Assembly: GCA_002633005.1 (NCBI GenBank)
Contig: NMRA01000279.1
Coordinates: forward strand, 402,422-466,421
Reading direction: 5' to 3'
DNA length: 64,000 bases
Origin: Phoronis australis
Lineage: Eukaryota; Animalia; Phoronida
How positions within the stretch are numbered: the first letter of the stretch is position 1; every line of letters starts with the position of its first letter. Made by a program: the position numbers and the translations under genes. Below are positions 12,601 through 27,600 of this stretch, in pieces. The notes under the pieces were generated by a model. It searched no databases. It saw only the letters and a program-made list of their open reading frames with translations, and was not told the origin of the DNA.

Positions 12601-15600
12601 ATATGAGCATATTTTTCACAATCAAAGGTGAAATGAACTTCATCTTCAATTCCGTTTTTACGAACACGACAAATCCATTCCTTCACAGGAATTCCGAACC
12701 GCCCCACCTCAACATCTAATAGTAGAATACCTAATCTCAATGGAGCAATGACGGACCTCTGAGATACCGGCAGACCTAAACACTGTTCCACACAATAGGC
12801 GCGTTCTTAACAAATCTGTATAATCAGAGTTTTGGTTTCTCAGTGATTATTTGTAACCAGTTTAACTCTAATAACTGAAATCTGAATGCTTTGAACCTTT
12901 CAAGAGACACAATTTGCTTGCTCCTGAAATTGTCTACAAAATTGCAATTCTCCATAATTTTAAATATTGAACTTGACCAATTGCCAGAGTTCCGATGTTT
13001 AAGGTCTCATAAAAACTTTTTTGCAATTCTGTTTTCATCCATTAGAATTAAACAATTCCAATTTTCATGTTGTTTGTAATATGAATTTGGCTATCCCAAG
13101 TCGCCCTAAAAATATACGTAGTACTCTCGTTCTGATCATTTTGCAACTGGAGTATTGAGAGTATCCCCAAATTCCAGATACATGCTCTAGAATTAATGGA
13201 TGACTTCAAATTTTGCAAAGACAGTTGTGCAAGTGTCGGCAACAAAACGTTTCTAATATAACGTAGTATAATGTAGTCATATTTCGTAAAAAAAGAATAA
13301 AAATAGCTTGTCACAATCATTTTAGATACGAGACTTCATTGAAAATTATACCTCAAGAAATCAGTGCAGATTCAAATTCAAACTCAGTAAGACTTCCTTA
13401 AATCCCTCAGTGCAGGAAGCATACACTTACCACCCGAATGAATGCATGTGGTGCGGTCAAAGTCAAGGTAGTATCCAGGGTAACAACTGCACATATAGGA
13501 ATCGATGAAGTTGGTGCAGATTTGACTGCAGGGAGCATCTCGCTCGCATTTACCAAACTCTGAAATTTAGATGTACACAATCAATATTCGAAACATTTTA
13601 AAATAATGCAGGGTTCATTTTATCGAAGGTCAGAAGTGGAGTCATGGGTAACGTTGCCATATCTTACATTTTTTATCGACACTTAGTTGACTGAAGTGGT
13701 TTGTAAGGGTGGGTAATGAGTGCGAAATGCTGACTTTGATAGAATTAAGTGAAGTACAATATATAGGTTAAGTAAAAATAGGGCGTCCTGTGCACAAACA
13801 TGAGCCGTAACAAATGTATGTGAAATGAGGCTAAGTACCCAGGATCTAATAACTGAACTCAAACTCGACTGAAACTGTGACTCAAAATTTATCAAATCTT
13901 GCCCCGTTATTCGAGTACAAATTTGTAAGCTAACTCGAAGCGTGCCATGTCATTGATGGCTTTCCATATTGGCGATCAGTATAGATAGCACGAAAGTGAT
14001 TTCTCTCAGTAGACAGAAATTTCGTCTTGCTTAATGTCTAAAAGCGTGAGTACGACAATTTCTCAGCGGCACATCTCGCCAACCTATAGTCTAATACTCA
14101 TGGCCTTTTACCTGCATCCTACAAACGACTAGGTATATACAATGTACATCCTTAGGCGTAAGGAAAGTATGCAAAATCAGCTGCACCAGTCTTCACTCAA
14201 CAATACCCACCTGTGCAATTGTACAGTCCATCCAGCCTATAACCAGTCCTACAGGCACACTCGTATCCTTGTCCATCCTCTTTGTTCAAACACTCGTGTT
14301 GGCACTTGTCCCAGCCTCTACATTCATTCAAATCTACAAAAACACAAGAGCTAAGGTGTAAAGAGAACAAAACAATATGGACGCAGAGTTTCGTTAACAC
14401 GCTATAACTTTGCATTAAGGTAATATGCACTTGCTTTACCTTTAGGAAACTAACAAGCAGTTAGAGGCCTGGATGATATTAGAGACTAAAACAGCTTGAC
14501 GGACGTGTGGCAGCTGGAAAGTACTTCAGTTGCAGATATTACTGTCTGCTGACTCCTCCTAGAAACAAGAGCAACGTGGAGCGTTGAAATGCGCCCACGA
14601 ATGCATCGCAAATGGTGTGCTTTAAGAGTTGTTTATTTGTATCATCAAATGACCACTAGATGGCGCAAAATACGTCAAATCCGTCTGAAAACCAAAAATG
14701 TCATCATTTCTTTACAAGAACGCTATTTACCAAATTCCATTAAAAGTCGTCGAGGAACTTCAGAGAAACAGAGAAAAAAAGATGAAATTGCCACTAGGGA
14801 GCACAGTGTTTGTCGGATCCGTCTAAAAGTCGCCGTCTTCTCTTGTTAACTTCATATAAGTATACACATGCTAAATTTAATAAAGATCCTGCAGAAGACT
14901 TAGGAGATACAGGTATGGGTGCAAAAAGAAAAAAAACGCCACTAGGAGGCACCACAGTAGTCGAAGTCGTCGGAAAATCATCGTCAACCGTCACCTTCAT
15001 AGAAGGAACATACATGCCACTTTTCACAATCCTCCTTAGAGTGGTTTGGTTGACAGAGGGACGGATGCCAAAAAAACAGACTCGAAAACAACACAAATGG
15101 GCACTATGTGGCGCAAAATACCTTGAATCAATCTGAAGACGAATGGCTAGCGTCACCTCACTATTTTGTGCCAAATTTTATAGAAATCCGTTGAGGACCT
15201 TTGAAGATAAAAGAGGTAAACGTAAAAAACTAAAATTGCCACTAGGGGGAACACCAGTACACCGATCTGTCCGAAAGTCGTCGTTGTCCGTTATCATTTT
15301 CATATAAATACATTTGTTAAATTTAATAAAGATCCTGTAGAGCGTTTAGGAGATACAGCCATAGGCGCAAAAACAAACGAAACTGCCTCTAGGAGGCGCC
15401 ACAGTAGTCGCAGTCGTCGGAAACTCATCGTCAACTGTCTTTTACATAGTAAGAACATCAGAGTGGTTTGGTTGTTAGAGGGGCAGATGCCAAACGACTC
15501 GAAAATAGTAAAAATGCCTCGAATCCATGCAAAAACAGGAGGATAGCGTCAACTCATTAATAGATGCCTACGAGCCAAATTTCATCAAAATCGATGGAGG

Positions 15601-18600
15601 ACCTTTGAAGATACAGAGGCGAGCGTAAAAACTAAAATTGCCACTAGAGGGCACAGCGGCATTCGGGTCGGTCAGAAACTCGTCGTCCTCTGTCGTCAAC
15701 CCCATAGGAACACACCTGCCAAGTTTGAATAAGATCCTGCAAGGGGCTTAGGAGATACAGCCATGAACGTCGGACGCCAGATGCCCGGACGCCCAGACAG
15801 AGATGACGGCAATATGCGACCACATATAAATATGTGGGCGCATAAAAATGAGAATACTTACCAACGCAATCTCCCTTAAAAGACTCTGTGAATCCATCAG
15901 GACACGGTCTACACTGAAACGCAACCCCAAGAATTTTTTCTAGTGAAGGTGGCACGTCTGTACAGTTGGTGCCCAACGATGCACAGGGAGAGTCGGCACA
16001 ACCATCGATATCTTTACTGCAGTCATCGCCTGCGGGGTATTTACGCATTAAAACATCGAGCACACACATTCACAGTGTACATCATTTAATGTGATTGCTT
16101 GTGGCACATATGATTAAACGAAGGGGTTATCTTACTTCTAATAAAAACACATAGCAGGGTATAATCGAACCGTCACGGATTGCACAGTGACATTCGAATT
16201 TCACTGCATTTACCCACAATGCTGCGTGGCACTTTCACCCTATCTTAGTAGAGAATTATGACATATAGATGGTGCTTGCTATTCGCCCTAGCCGCCATGT
16301 TCCTTTTGTCTCTAAGTCAATTGTTTAATTAGCGGTAAGATTCCCTCATTTATTGTAGCCTTAGCACATCTCTAGCATTGTTAACCTATTGTAATCACAC
16401 GTCACTTGTCAGCGACTTAGTAATTACCCCCTGTCTCTGTTCTTTCAGGTTACGATCATTCGTAGTTTACTGTAATCAATAAACAGTGAAGAAATACTTG
16501 CGAGTTATTTTCTATGATCGTAACCGCTAATTAAACAATGGACTTAGAGACAAAAGGAACATGGCGGCTAGGGCGAATAGCAAGCGCCATCTATATGTCA
16601 TAATTCTCTACCTAGTTCCACACGTTCTTTGTTGTTGTCAGTAATTTTCAATTTAAAATTTTTCTCGATTGCTTTATCTCTTTCATCGTTAGCCCGTTGT
16701 CAACATACTACCACTGCTGTAATGTAGGCAATGCAACTCTGACAGGGGAAAGTTGGAATAACTTGGCGAAGTTCCTTGGATGGGCGATAAAAAGTCTGTC
16801 GTGGAACAAGTGAATAAAGCAAATTCGTCAGGCGAACTTTGAATTAACAGGATCCCCGTTTTGAAGAGACCTTTCAACTATACTTTGAAACTTTTAAAAC
16901 CGGGAATATTTCCATAAGGCCACAATCTACAACGGCTTCCAACATAATACACGATCTTTGAAAAGGTGCCTGACATTACAAAACTAAGTTTAAAAACAAT
17001 GCGCTTTCTAATCTCCAGGAGAAAGGAGAGTTCTAACGCTGCGTAACTTGGGACGGCCCTATTGCAATCACGTTCCGGTCAGCGAGATCTCCAATAATAA
17101 ACATAAACATAAATAGATGGTATTACGTACCCTCCCAGCCAGTTACACATCGACAAGTTGTCAATATGATCGACACATTGGAGGAGACGGCCAATTGTTC
17201 GTTTGGTATGAAGTCAGGAGTAGCGTCATTTTTACAAGATGGAGACAGACTGACTGCTATTACGTGCGCTGAGGAAGTCCGATTAGTGCTATCTGTCGCA
17301 GAAAATCTACAAATACAAAACCGAAATGGGGTTAGCTAATAGTATATACTTGATTTATTCAGGCACTCTGAACTATAATTCTAAGGAGGAGCCCATAACG
17401 CAGAACTAAGTAAAAACAGTCAAATTCGTAGGATAGAGACATGGAAATTAAGCTTATTTCTCAAGCTTCTCCATGCTAATAGTAATGACATACACAAGCC
17501 ATGATACACTATTGGTCACAAAAATTCTCTATTCCTCATTTCGAAATAATCAACCAACACAGAAACTGCATGGAACTCACATAAGGCTGGAACTTTTGTA
17601 GGCCGACGGCGTCCATTCAACAGTCACGTCAACCTGTTTGGCACCGGTGACAGAACTAAAGTCAAGGTCATTCGGTAGATCAACAGCCTGGAGGGTGATG
17701 CTATCTCCATTTGAATCAGAAGCTGATAAACGAAATGTTACTTTCATGCCAATGGTAGCATTGAGGTACGTCGTCCCCGTTACAACAGGAGGGACCTGAT
17801 CTGCAGACGGAAGACGGATTTATTAAAATACAAATCTCAGTCACTACGAGTCCGTATAGTTTGGATATAAATGCGTATTCACAAGAACTAGAATTGTTTC
17901 CTGTGTGTGTGTGCCATTAGAAACCTGGCCCGTATCAAGGCACCATGTACTACATCAAGAGATATTTTTACATGCTGACACAATACAAATTATCACACTT
18001 GAACCTAAAATATATTAAACATCCACCAGACAATAAGGCGGGCCGGGTTCATACGATTCTGAAGGCCCACGGTTGCCGGTTTCCATCCAGTCATTGCCAA
18101 CCTTAACCGTCGCTAAACTTAATGTCAAGAACTATGACAAACGTCTCTGCTTTGAATGACATTGTTGTCAATTAAGCCTCCGTTCGGGAAACCCCATATC
18201 CACATAGTCTAGCATGGTGTTTACCTTACTAGATTTATTTGATTGACCTAGGTTCATGGCGTGGATTTCTTTGGCACACGTCGTATCATTCCATTCAGCG
18301 CCCGAACCATTTATTTGGACAAGCTGATGCAGTTCTCAAGCCTCCGTTCAAAGATGCAAAGTTAACTATAATGTCTGATAACTTTTACGGCACATGAGTA
18401 AAACAGTTTGGCATCACAACACAGGTGTACAGTATTGTATCTATGTAAGAGTTGTCTGCTGGACTGAATATTTACATATATTCCTAGTACCTCGGAGACC
18501 TCTAGATTGTCTCCTTTGATGGGTTGATGTAAAATCCTAGAGGTGGGAACTCTGGTCATGTGGGAACTAACAATTATTTGTCCATAAATGCCGTCTATAC

Positions 18601-21600
18601 TCTTGCTACATGCTGCTTGCTGACCTAGTCACGTCCACTACTATACAGCGATGGCAGAAGGTATAGTACGTTAGAAGGTGCATCTTGTGAAACTGTCCTT
18701 GACTTTTGTCCCACCTACTAATCATCATTTCATGCTGCACAGTTTGTACCTCACCCCACCTAGCTTGTTAAGCTGGGAAGGACTCAAATGCTTGAATGTA
18801 TTACACTACATTGTCTCCAACCAGATATTTTGTCTACACAAGATCTCAATGTTTCCATAACCAAACTCACTTCCTGAATCATGCAAGTGGTTGTAAACAG
18901 CAGATGAAATAACTTCCCCAGCATCACTTCTATGAGACTGCATGTTCAGTGTCACCCCCATAGCACTGTCACATGTTATCTTCAACAATGGGTGAATATT
19001 CAGCCCAGTAGACAAGTCATATTATTAAAAAAATGTGGATGGCTCAAGACCTACAGTTTGTTACAGGTGTACAGCGTCTGGTGAATCATAAGATAGTACT
19101 AACTTGACTCTTCTTTCAGTCGCTCATCTTCCTCAGCGATGTGTTTTGTAGTAAGCGCAATGCTCTTCTCACCCGTCGCAGCGTAATCGAAAAGACATTC
19201 AACATTGGAGCCACAGGCGACTTTCATTTCATCGGTTATGCTGAGCTCATCAATAAAGAGTGGCAAAAAACTTGCATTGTTGAAGGAAAGGGGACTTTCC
19301 CCAGGCTTATACAAAAAGTTGCCGGGACCAGAAACCATCCCTGTAAAAAACAATAAAAATTAAAATGACGACCGTCCGTACTAAATTATATCAAAATATT
19401 CCCAACGTTTCGAGCGACGCGCTCTTTATAAAGGGAGTGGCACAGTGTCATATTTTTACTATAATTTTATATCCTTATCCATCAGTAACTGCAAGACATT
19501 TCAGCATCTATTTGATTTATTTGTAAAAAGCAGACTAGATATATCAAAACCAGTATATACATTGAGAACGGAATAGGATCAAGCAATTGCAGAACAAAAC
19601 ACCCTAAGTTCATGCACCACAGAAAACCACTTACAAGACTGCCCCATGTAAAACTTCTCTCGTTCTGTTGAGTTGGGGCTGATGAGTGTTCCATTGCGGT
19701 AGGAGAAGTCATCGCTTGTATCCTTATTCATATTGCCCATTAAGCCACTTGTTTTGGCTGATACTGGTGTTTCAATAGAGTAAGTCAACATTCCAGATTT
19801 TGCTTGAACAGTGACGACGAAATCTGAAATTGGACGCAATTGAATATTGTTATGGTTGTATACAGACGTACAAATTTGCACTGGCGCACAGCTTTCATGG
19901 ATAGTTGAATGCACTGGACATCCATATAAAGGGTACCTGAAATGCCGCCATAAGCTGCAACCACCCCGGCCATGGGGTCCGGGCCTCTTTTGGATATTTA
20001 CAGGTAAGTTTGTGCGCAAAACTGTTGGAAATGTACAAACAAAATCATGCAAACCTATATCTTTTCTTTTCACAAAAATTAACATAACCAACCCCGTAAT
20101 TATCATCAAAGTCTAAATCTGCCGTAGAGGATTTCACGCCATCCTAGCCACCTCGCCCAGCTGCAAGAATGACTCGCCAAAAACAGATCAGTTTTTGATT
20201 GTTCCTTTTGCAGTTCCTTGTAGTGCCACTTCATGGCCACGGGACCTGTGAAAGTTATCATTCCCCAAGTCACATACACCCATCTTTTATCACCATAACA
20301 ACCATTTGGAAAATGTAATGTGAAGTTTGAATGCTGATATTAAATTGAATAGGAGACTTTTGAAATAGCCAAGCTATATAGAAATTCATTATCCCACCAC
20401 CCCCTGTAATGTGGATGGGAGGTTATAAACCTACTGCATGCATAAGCAGCGTTTTAACACCTTTCCTGCTTTTATAATGCAACAAAAGTCCACTGTTGTG
20501 CGGTGGGATGTGCTACTGCCTTATTTCTAAAACACCAATTATTCAATGGATGAACAAGGACATCATGTAATTCATACACTTCCCACTGAGAAGAAGTATC
20601 TGGCGACAAAGGCAGTGGCTGCGGCCAATAATAAAAGATTGAGAATTTTGATCCCAGCCTAACAATGGGAGGGGCGCTGACAGTGGAATTTATTACTCTG
20701 CTTTTAAATTAATGAACCCTAATGTATATGAATTTCTGTCTACCAAATCTGAGTCAGGATCAATCGGAGGTCACTTTTGTGCTCTCATTACTCTAGAGAG
20801 CGCAAATATCAAGTCTCCCATTACCATGGGATACTAAACTGATTTTCTTCAGCAATCCAGTACTGATTACACATGCTATATACCAGCCTTCCATCACAAA
20901 ACTGTTGATCTAGGTCACTAACCGCTTTTAAATTGTTCTCAATAACTGAGTTGATATGATGGCTATGAAGATCAAAAGGACATTTTGTTATTGCTTGTGA
21001 TCAGATGGCACTAGAATTTGACTTGCCACGCCATGTCATTTTATCGCTGAAACGGTCTTCTAGTTCTTTACAAGCACACAAACAAACTTCTCATCGGAGT
21101 ATTAGGTACAAGTCAAGACCAATTTTACAATGTCATGTGGTTTGAATCAACGCTTCTTTGATGAGCTATACAAGTATTCATTACCCGAGTTGAACCCTGC
21201 AATGGCCGACGTGGCAGTTTTCGTAACCGCGACACCAGTGAATTCCTTATTCTCAAATAGTCCTGACTGCTTGACATTGTTTACATAAACATCGACACCT
21301 ATAAGAACAAAAACATCGCATTTAAGCATTGATATTCACCCACTGTGAACATTGTATACAGAACAGATCATTTTAAACATTCCAACTTAAGACAACAACT
21401 AAATGCTAGCAAACAGGATCTCGCTGCACGCTACACTTATTTGCATGAGTTTCCTGTTTATCTCCACTGGTAATCATACTTTGCAGTATCTCACACCATA
21501 GGCCTGCAATGTACGACCCACTCGGAACAATGCTAGATGTCCCTTTGTCGTGGTTACTACGTCATTTCACGTTCACTTGAGAGTGTTTCAAAATATTGCG

Positions 21601-24600
21601 TGTGAACTTACTGATGTCCCAATGGTCTCTTGTAGTACCATCGCAAGTATAAGAGAAACGAAATAAATATAAGTAATGAAATGTGTCGGTATGTTCAGCG
21701 TGATGCCCAAAATTAATATACATATACATTTATACAGAAACACGATGTTTGTGTGTGTTTGTGAGGGGAGGTGGAAGTATATTGTAAAAATGAAATTATT
21801 TCCCAAAGGCATAGGAAGGTTAACACACGAATGTGACCCTCTAGAAAAACGTTGATTTTCTAGAACTTTTGAACACGTACACGTTGTAGAAATGACAGTA
21901 TCTGTAGAAATAATGTTACTCATACGCCCTAACAATACGTCCAATGACAATACGACAGTATTCGTAGACTAAATCGGTTTTTCCGGCTTCCTCATGCTTA
22001 TTGTCCTCCATTTCATTTATTGAAACAGTTCCTACAATTATGGTTACTGTCAGAAGTGAAATTTTCAGTTAAGATGAGCAACCATCAATGCGTTATTATT
22101 AAGTGCCTACCTTTGCATGCCGCTCTAAAAACCTAAATGCTGATGCCAATGGAAAGTATTAAACTTTAATATTGTCCGCTTGAAGCGAACTAAGGTAAGA
22201 AGTAAACTGACAAATTCTTGATAAAAAGCAAATAAAATTTATTTACTTTGACTGTATACGACTGTGAAGTTCATTAGGCTGCGTGGTCTTAATACACGTA
22301 CGATTAAAGAATTTTGCAATCAACGTAACTTGCAGGTACACGTACCGTTTCCATCTGATGCCAGCTCGATATGGACAGCGTCGGAGACGGTTTCTTTGGC
22401 AGCAATGGCGGTGAACAACGTGGCAACTGCATTACCAACTCTTTCCGTGCGACCCTGTAGTTGGAAGCCACTTTCTCCCGTCTCAACGATAAGGTCGTAT
22501 TGGCCAAGTCCGTTGAAAGTGTAGCATGGACCGTCTAAAGTACATATGTGAGGATCACCACGGCCAAAACCTGAACCAAACAACAAAGAAACGGAGAATT
22601 TATCTTAAATTCCGAGACAATATATACATTAAATCAGTTCACGTACTGCATTAACAACCCAATGCCGATTTAAGGATTATGGGGATCGTACCATGTACAT
22701 AATTTGAGCTACAATTCTAGCTAGTTGTCAAAAACATTCAAACCCTCAGTTGGTACTCTTGACGGTTGGAGCATTTCCACCCCACAGTAGACCCGCACCA
22801 CAGTCGCCAAATTACGTTCAAACTGGGTGTCTACAAAGTTATTGCCCAAGTATAAATAGGAATGACATGTTTGAGGTTAAAAGACGGGGTCCCTGGACTA
22901 TAGCTTAGCTTATTGGACAATCAAGGACCATGGAACAATCAAAATAGTACTGATACAGGAAATACGTCTACTGTAACAGTGAATGCAACAACTACAAGTT
23001 AATTTGGTTGAAGATGTCCAATTTTATCAAATGGATTAGATTTGAGGAAAGAAATGCTAATGTCCTTACCAAATCTCGGAGGTAAGAAACGAGACCCGTC
23101 CATTATGGGTCGTTTCTTGTGAAACAGTCTGCACGTTTCTATGTGCTTGTTACCGCAGCACCATTTGAAAGGTTCGAGATCATCCTTTACATAGTTCTTC
23201 TTGGATCCGCGCCAGAACTTATTATATCTTGATGCAAAACCGGCATTGGGTGGTCTGGTAACCAATGCACCGAAGTCATTGTAGCAACAGGACTAAAATA
23301 ATAAAAATATCTCCTTGGTAGCGTGCGCTTGCAGCGGGTGCGAATTTTTGATATGAATTTAGATAAGCATAAGAACACGGCTTTAATAGCTGTTTTAAGC
23401 ACTCAGAACTTTATCAATTAGGACAAAATTTAATGAATGCACATCACTGAATGCACATTTATCCTTTTGATGGCAGTTTTTCATACCACCTGAATAACGT
23501 TTGAGTACTTGACTTAAATATACCTAGCAGTGCTAAGAACATTTTTCAGAAGATACGAAAAATCTAGAATCAAAATAACAAATCCTATCGTCATGTGCTG
23601 TTCTAAAGAAATGAGGTACTCACATATCCATAGTGCCTTCTCACAAGGAACCTGAAGAAGAAACATTGGGAAACCGATGTTCGCTCGGTTTCATCAGTGA
23701 TGGCTATGTATTGCCATGGACGGATTCGGTCGACAGTGGGAGGACAATCTCTAAACCACGGAAGTTTAACTTCCTCCGTATTTTCAGCCCAAGTCAGACA
23801 TTTACTTCGGTCATTTTCACTGTCTTCAGCCGAGTTGTCAAGGCGATAGATCCACTTGCCATTAACAGCTGCAATATCGTAACACTGGAATTGAAACTTC
23901 GAATACCAAATCCAACACGATGCTGTTATTTTTACGAGACGCGGTCAAGAGTTTTTTGATGTCACAGTTTTCTAATGTAAGCTCCCTCCAGTTGGAAACT
24001 GGCCTCCGGCTGTCAAAAAATCCTCGCTGTCCCAACCAGGGTTTCCGTAGATAAGCCCCTGGGCGTGTATTCGGAAAGTGAAAAATTTCAGGCATTTTAA
24101 TAACACCAATAAATGCCCGGGCGTTTATTCGTAAAAGGGGGGTTTGGAAACGGAAAGTCACAATTTTGGCTAGTACGTAAATACCAGCATGATGCGCGAT
24201 ATAAGTTTTGTAAGTGGAACATACCTTCTGTGTGGATTGGTAGTCCTTAAAAGGACTGTTGATACCAGGTGTTAACAACGTTTATTGTGTAACAAATTAT
24301 CAATTTTTGCAATATCTGCCCAGCGGAACAACAAAGTTAATGTGCATGACACATCTAGACCTCAATGTGGCAAAGGTGATAGCATCCAAGGACGCTTATT
24401 ACTGAGAAAATCTATGAACTTCGGCTTGAATACTCCCACCACGTATTGTGAAAAAATAACAAGTTCGAGCCTGTGAAATTTCGGGGCTAACAGAGCTCAA
24501 CATACATTGCTACCAAGCTTATTTTGACGACAGTCTTCATGCATCTAGCTGGTCGATTACGTGTCACACAAAGACATTGATAATTTACATTTTGTCCGAC

Positions 24601-27600
24601 GGTCATGTTCAGTCTGCAGCGGTCTTGTTTTGTGGTGGAGCGATTATGTTTTTAAGTGCGTCTGTCCCATTTTTTGGTGCGGCGGTCTCATTTTATCCCG
24701 TAGATCCTGTTTTGTGGTGAGTTGGTCCGATTTGGAGGACCGGCGGTAATGTTTTGGGTTCCGTTGTCATGTTTAATTGGGTCCGGCGGTCATGTTGTTT
24801 CTCACCCGTGTATCAGTATTGTCTTGAAAACGGCGAGAAAGAATACACCCCGGAGAGGATATCGCTGCCTCCCATACTACGAGAAACTCCTGGATTTTGT
24901 ATCTTCAGCCATGCGGAAAATCCCGCAAGACATCAGTTTCAGAGCATTCGAATGTCGATCGGCAATTGGTCTCTATCGTATTATTCAACCCGGATTCGCG
25001 AACACATGGGATACAATGCGGGTATCCAAGAGATGGACGGCATGCGCGCAAGTCGCGGGATCCCTTCGGCGACTCGGAGGGGGAAAGAAATTTGGAGGAG
25101 AAACTGGATGAAAACATTGACATAGACTGAATACACGTAGATTAAGAGGTTTTGTGGCTGATTTTTTATTTAAAAATGTTTTTAAAAATTTTATTGTAAT
25201 AAATGCATAGTTCGGCAACACTTCATTCGTTTTTATAATTAATAAGTGCTCCACAAAACTGACTTTTTGACTAAAAGCTGACGCCAAGAGGGCTTTTAAA
25301 AGGAAATTTTCCAAATAAACACAGCACTATGTGGACACTTGACACGAGAAGTTGCATACTTTTCCGAATAAACGTACACGGGCGTTTCATCGGGTGGGCT
25401 TATTTACGGAAAACCCCGGTACCAATCAACCCCAATACCGAATTCTATCTTTCCCAGTTGTCATTGATTTTAGATGCCCAAGATGCCAGTCCCAAATTAA
25501 GGTTTTAAGGGTTCCCAAGCTATACAAGTCCTAGGACTTTTGACATTACAATTCCTTCTTTTGCTGTTATTTTCGAATTACCCTCAGTCATAGCTTTCAA
25601 GAGGGGGACAGTGCAGTGAAAAGACGGAAGGCCCCAATTGTCACTTACTTCGGGTGCCACAAATTTTACACCTACCCTCTTCCCAATTGCTAAAATTTTG
25701 AAGGGCCTCTGTGAAACATGTCTCGTGTAAGGACTTCAGCTACAGTTTCGTTAGTCGAATGGACTACATCTGCCGTCGCCAAAACTTTTGAATATCTCAC
25801 GTAGGGAAGACACGGGGCCTCTGTTTTGTGTGTGGCCCCAGGCTATAGCATATTTAGCTTCATGGATGATCTGGTAGGGCCCCGTGCAAGCAATACTTCC
25901 GGTGGCTGTAAATTTACAACTGTCATATATTTCTGACGGCATGCTTAGATCACCATTTTTTTTTGGGGGGGGGGGGTTGCTAATACTGCAAGTGAGGGCC
26001 CTTGTTTAATGAATGGGCCATTACTTAAAGCTGCATTATGCCCAGCTTAGCAGGCTAAAACAGAAATCAAATTAGGCATTTTACTCCCATAAAGTACCAT
26101 TAAAGAATTCTATTTTTGTAATGAGCATACACACGAAACCATCAATCCCCTCAACAATTCAACGTTATTCAAAAAGAACAGTGATCAAATGAAATTAACG
26201 AACAGCAATTTTTGTGTCAGACAAATTACAGAAAATGATGGAAACAAAGAAAAATTGAAATGTTGAAATATGCATAGTAAAGATTGTAACATTGTACAGT
26301 GAAAAAACACCACCAAATTAACTTGAATATTTTTAAGTTAATCAACGGAGTCAAAGCTAATGTATGAAAAATGTTTTCACTGATAAAAATACATCTACCA
26401 CCTTTCATCATGATTCTCCAAGCACATTTGGCAATTGAGAAGGTGGATGACAAAAGACAAAAAATAATAAAAGGCACTAGGGGGCGCAAGTAGGTCAAAC
26501 CATTACTTATTTGGAAAACGTATGAATGTCCAGTGATGCGATATCATGGCACAGAGAAGTTAGAACCAAATTTCCATTGGAGATTCTATGGTAGCCGGAT
26601 TTGTCCCAAAATCCAGTTCGGCTGTAAAGGACCACATAATAAATTTCACGAAGACCATCAAGAAACAGGTAGATATAGAAACAGAAAAAATGCCAATTTG
26701 AGGTGCCAGTGTAGAAGGTCTGGTCTGAAAATCATCGTCAACTGTGCTCCTCTAAGCTCAGTAGGAACACATTTGTCAAATTCCATTCTTTGAATGGTGG
26801 AAGCCAAAAACACTCAAAAAATAATCGAATAATTTTAAATTTTCAACGTCCGTTATCACATTGAAAGCCACGTGGCAAAGTCTTCTAAAACATCCTGCAA
26901 GGGCTCTGTTGCTGTGCGGATTCAACCACGTATTTGGGCGCTAAGAAACGAATTTCCTACCGGTGCCAAAGCTGTTCTTGAAGTTGCCTTCCATATCACT
27001 GATGTAGTACATAGCAGGTGTACCGGAGTAGGTTGGTGCCTCCAGAATAGTTCCGGAGGTGTAATCTCTATAACCTGCAAACACACGACCTAGACTTCCT
27101 TTGCGGACCATTTCGTCGTAATTATATAGCACGAAAGACAGCAAACCGTCAGTCACTAACACTGCTTGGTAGGTGTATCTCTGCAAGAAAAAGGGCAGGC
27201 GTATGTCAGCACTAATGGCAATTACTGCAGGCTTTGAGAAAGTTTAATGACCACCCTTGCAACTTGGTTAAAAACTGAAGCTAACGAGGCCATTCAATTG
27301 GCACTAAATTTAGCCTTTGTTATGTACTCTTCTCGGTGGTTAACATTTGGTTCCAACAATAGGCACCAGTTGAGGAACACTTGCAGTTGCAGGGCCTCTT
27401 CAAATGCGAAGGACAACATGGAGAATGAAAATACCAATACACAGAATAAAAAGCTTATATAGCAACACTTAGCACTGAAATGCGCCCACGACTGTTTCAA
27501 ATGCCAATTAATCTTCAATGGGTATCGATAAAATGACTTCTAGATGGCAAAGAAGACGTCGAACCAGTCTGAAAATTAGAAAGCATCGCCGTTTCCCCAA

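Noticed and set aside
14589-15174. ORFs of 86-126 aa, with similar ORFs at 38169-38703 and 53475-54089
   Set aside because: Chance ORFs inside the non-coding HINE-like repeat; frames are not conserved between copies.
18050-19020. Possible LINE endonuclease remnants ([10 protein letters not shown]...GGV)
   Set aside because: Too degraded to call without a profile search.
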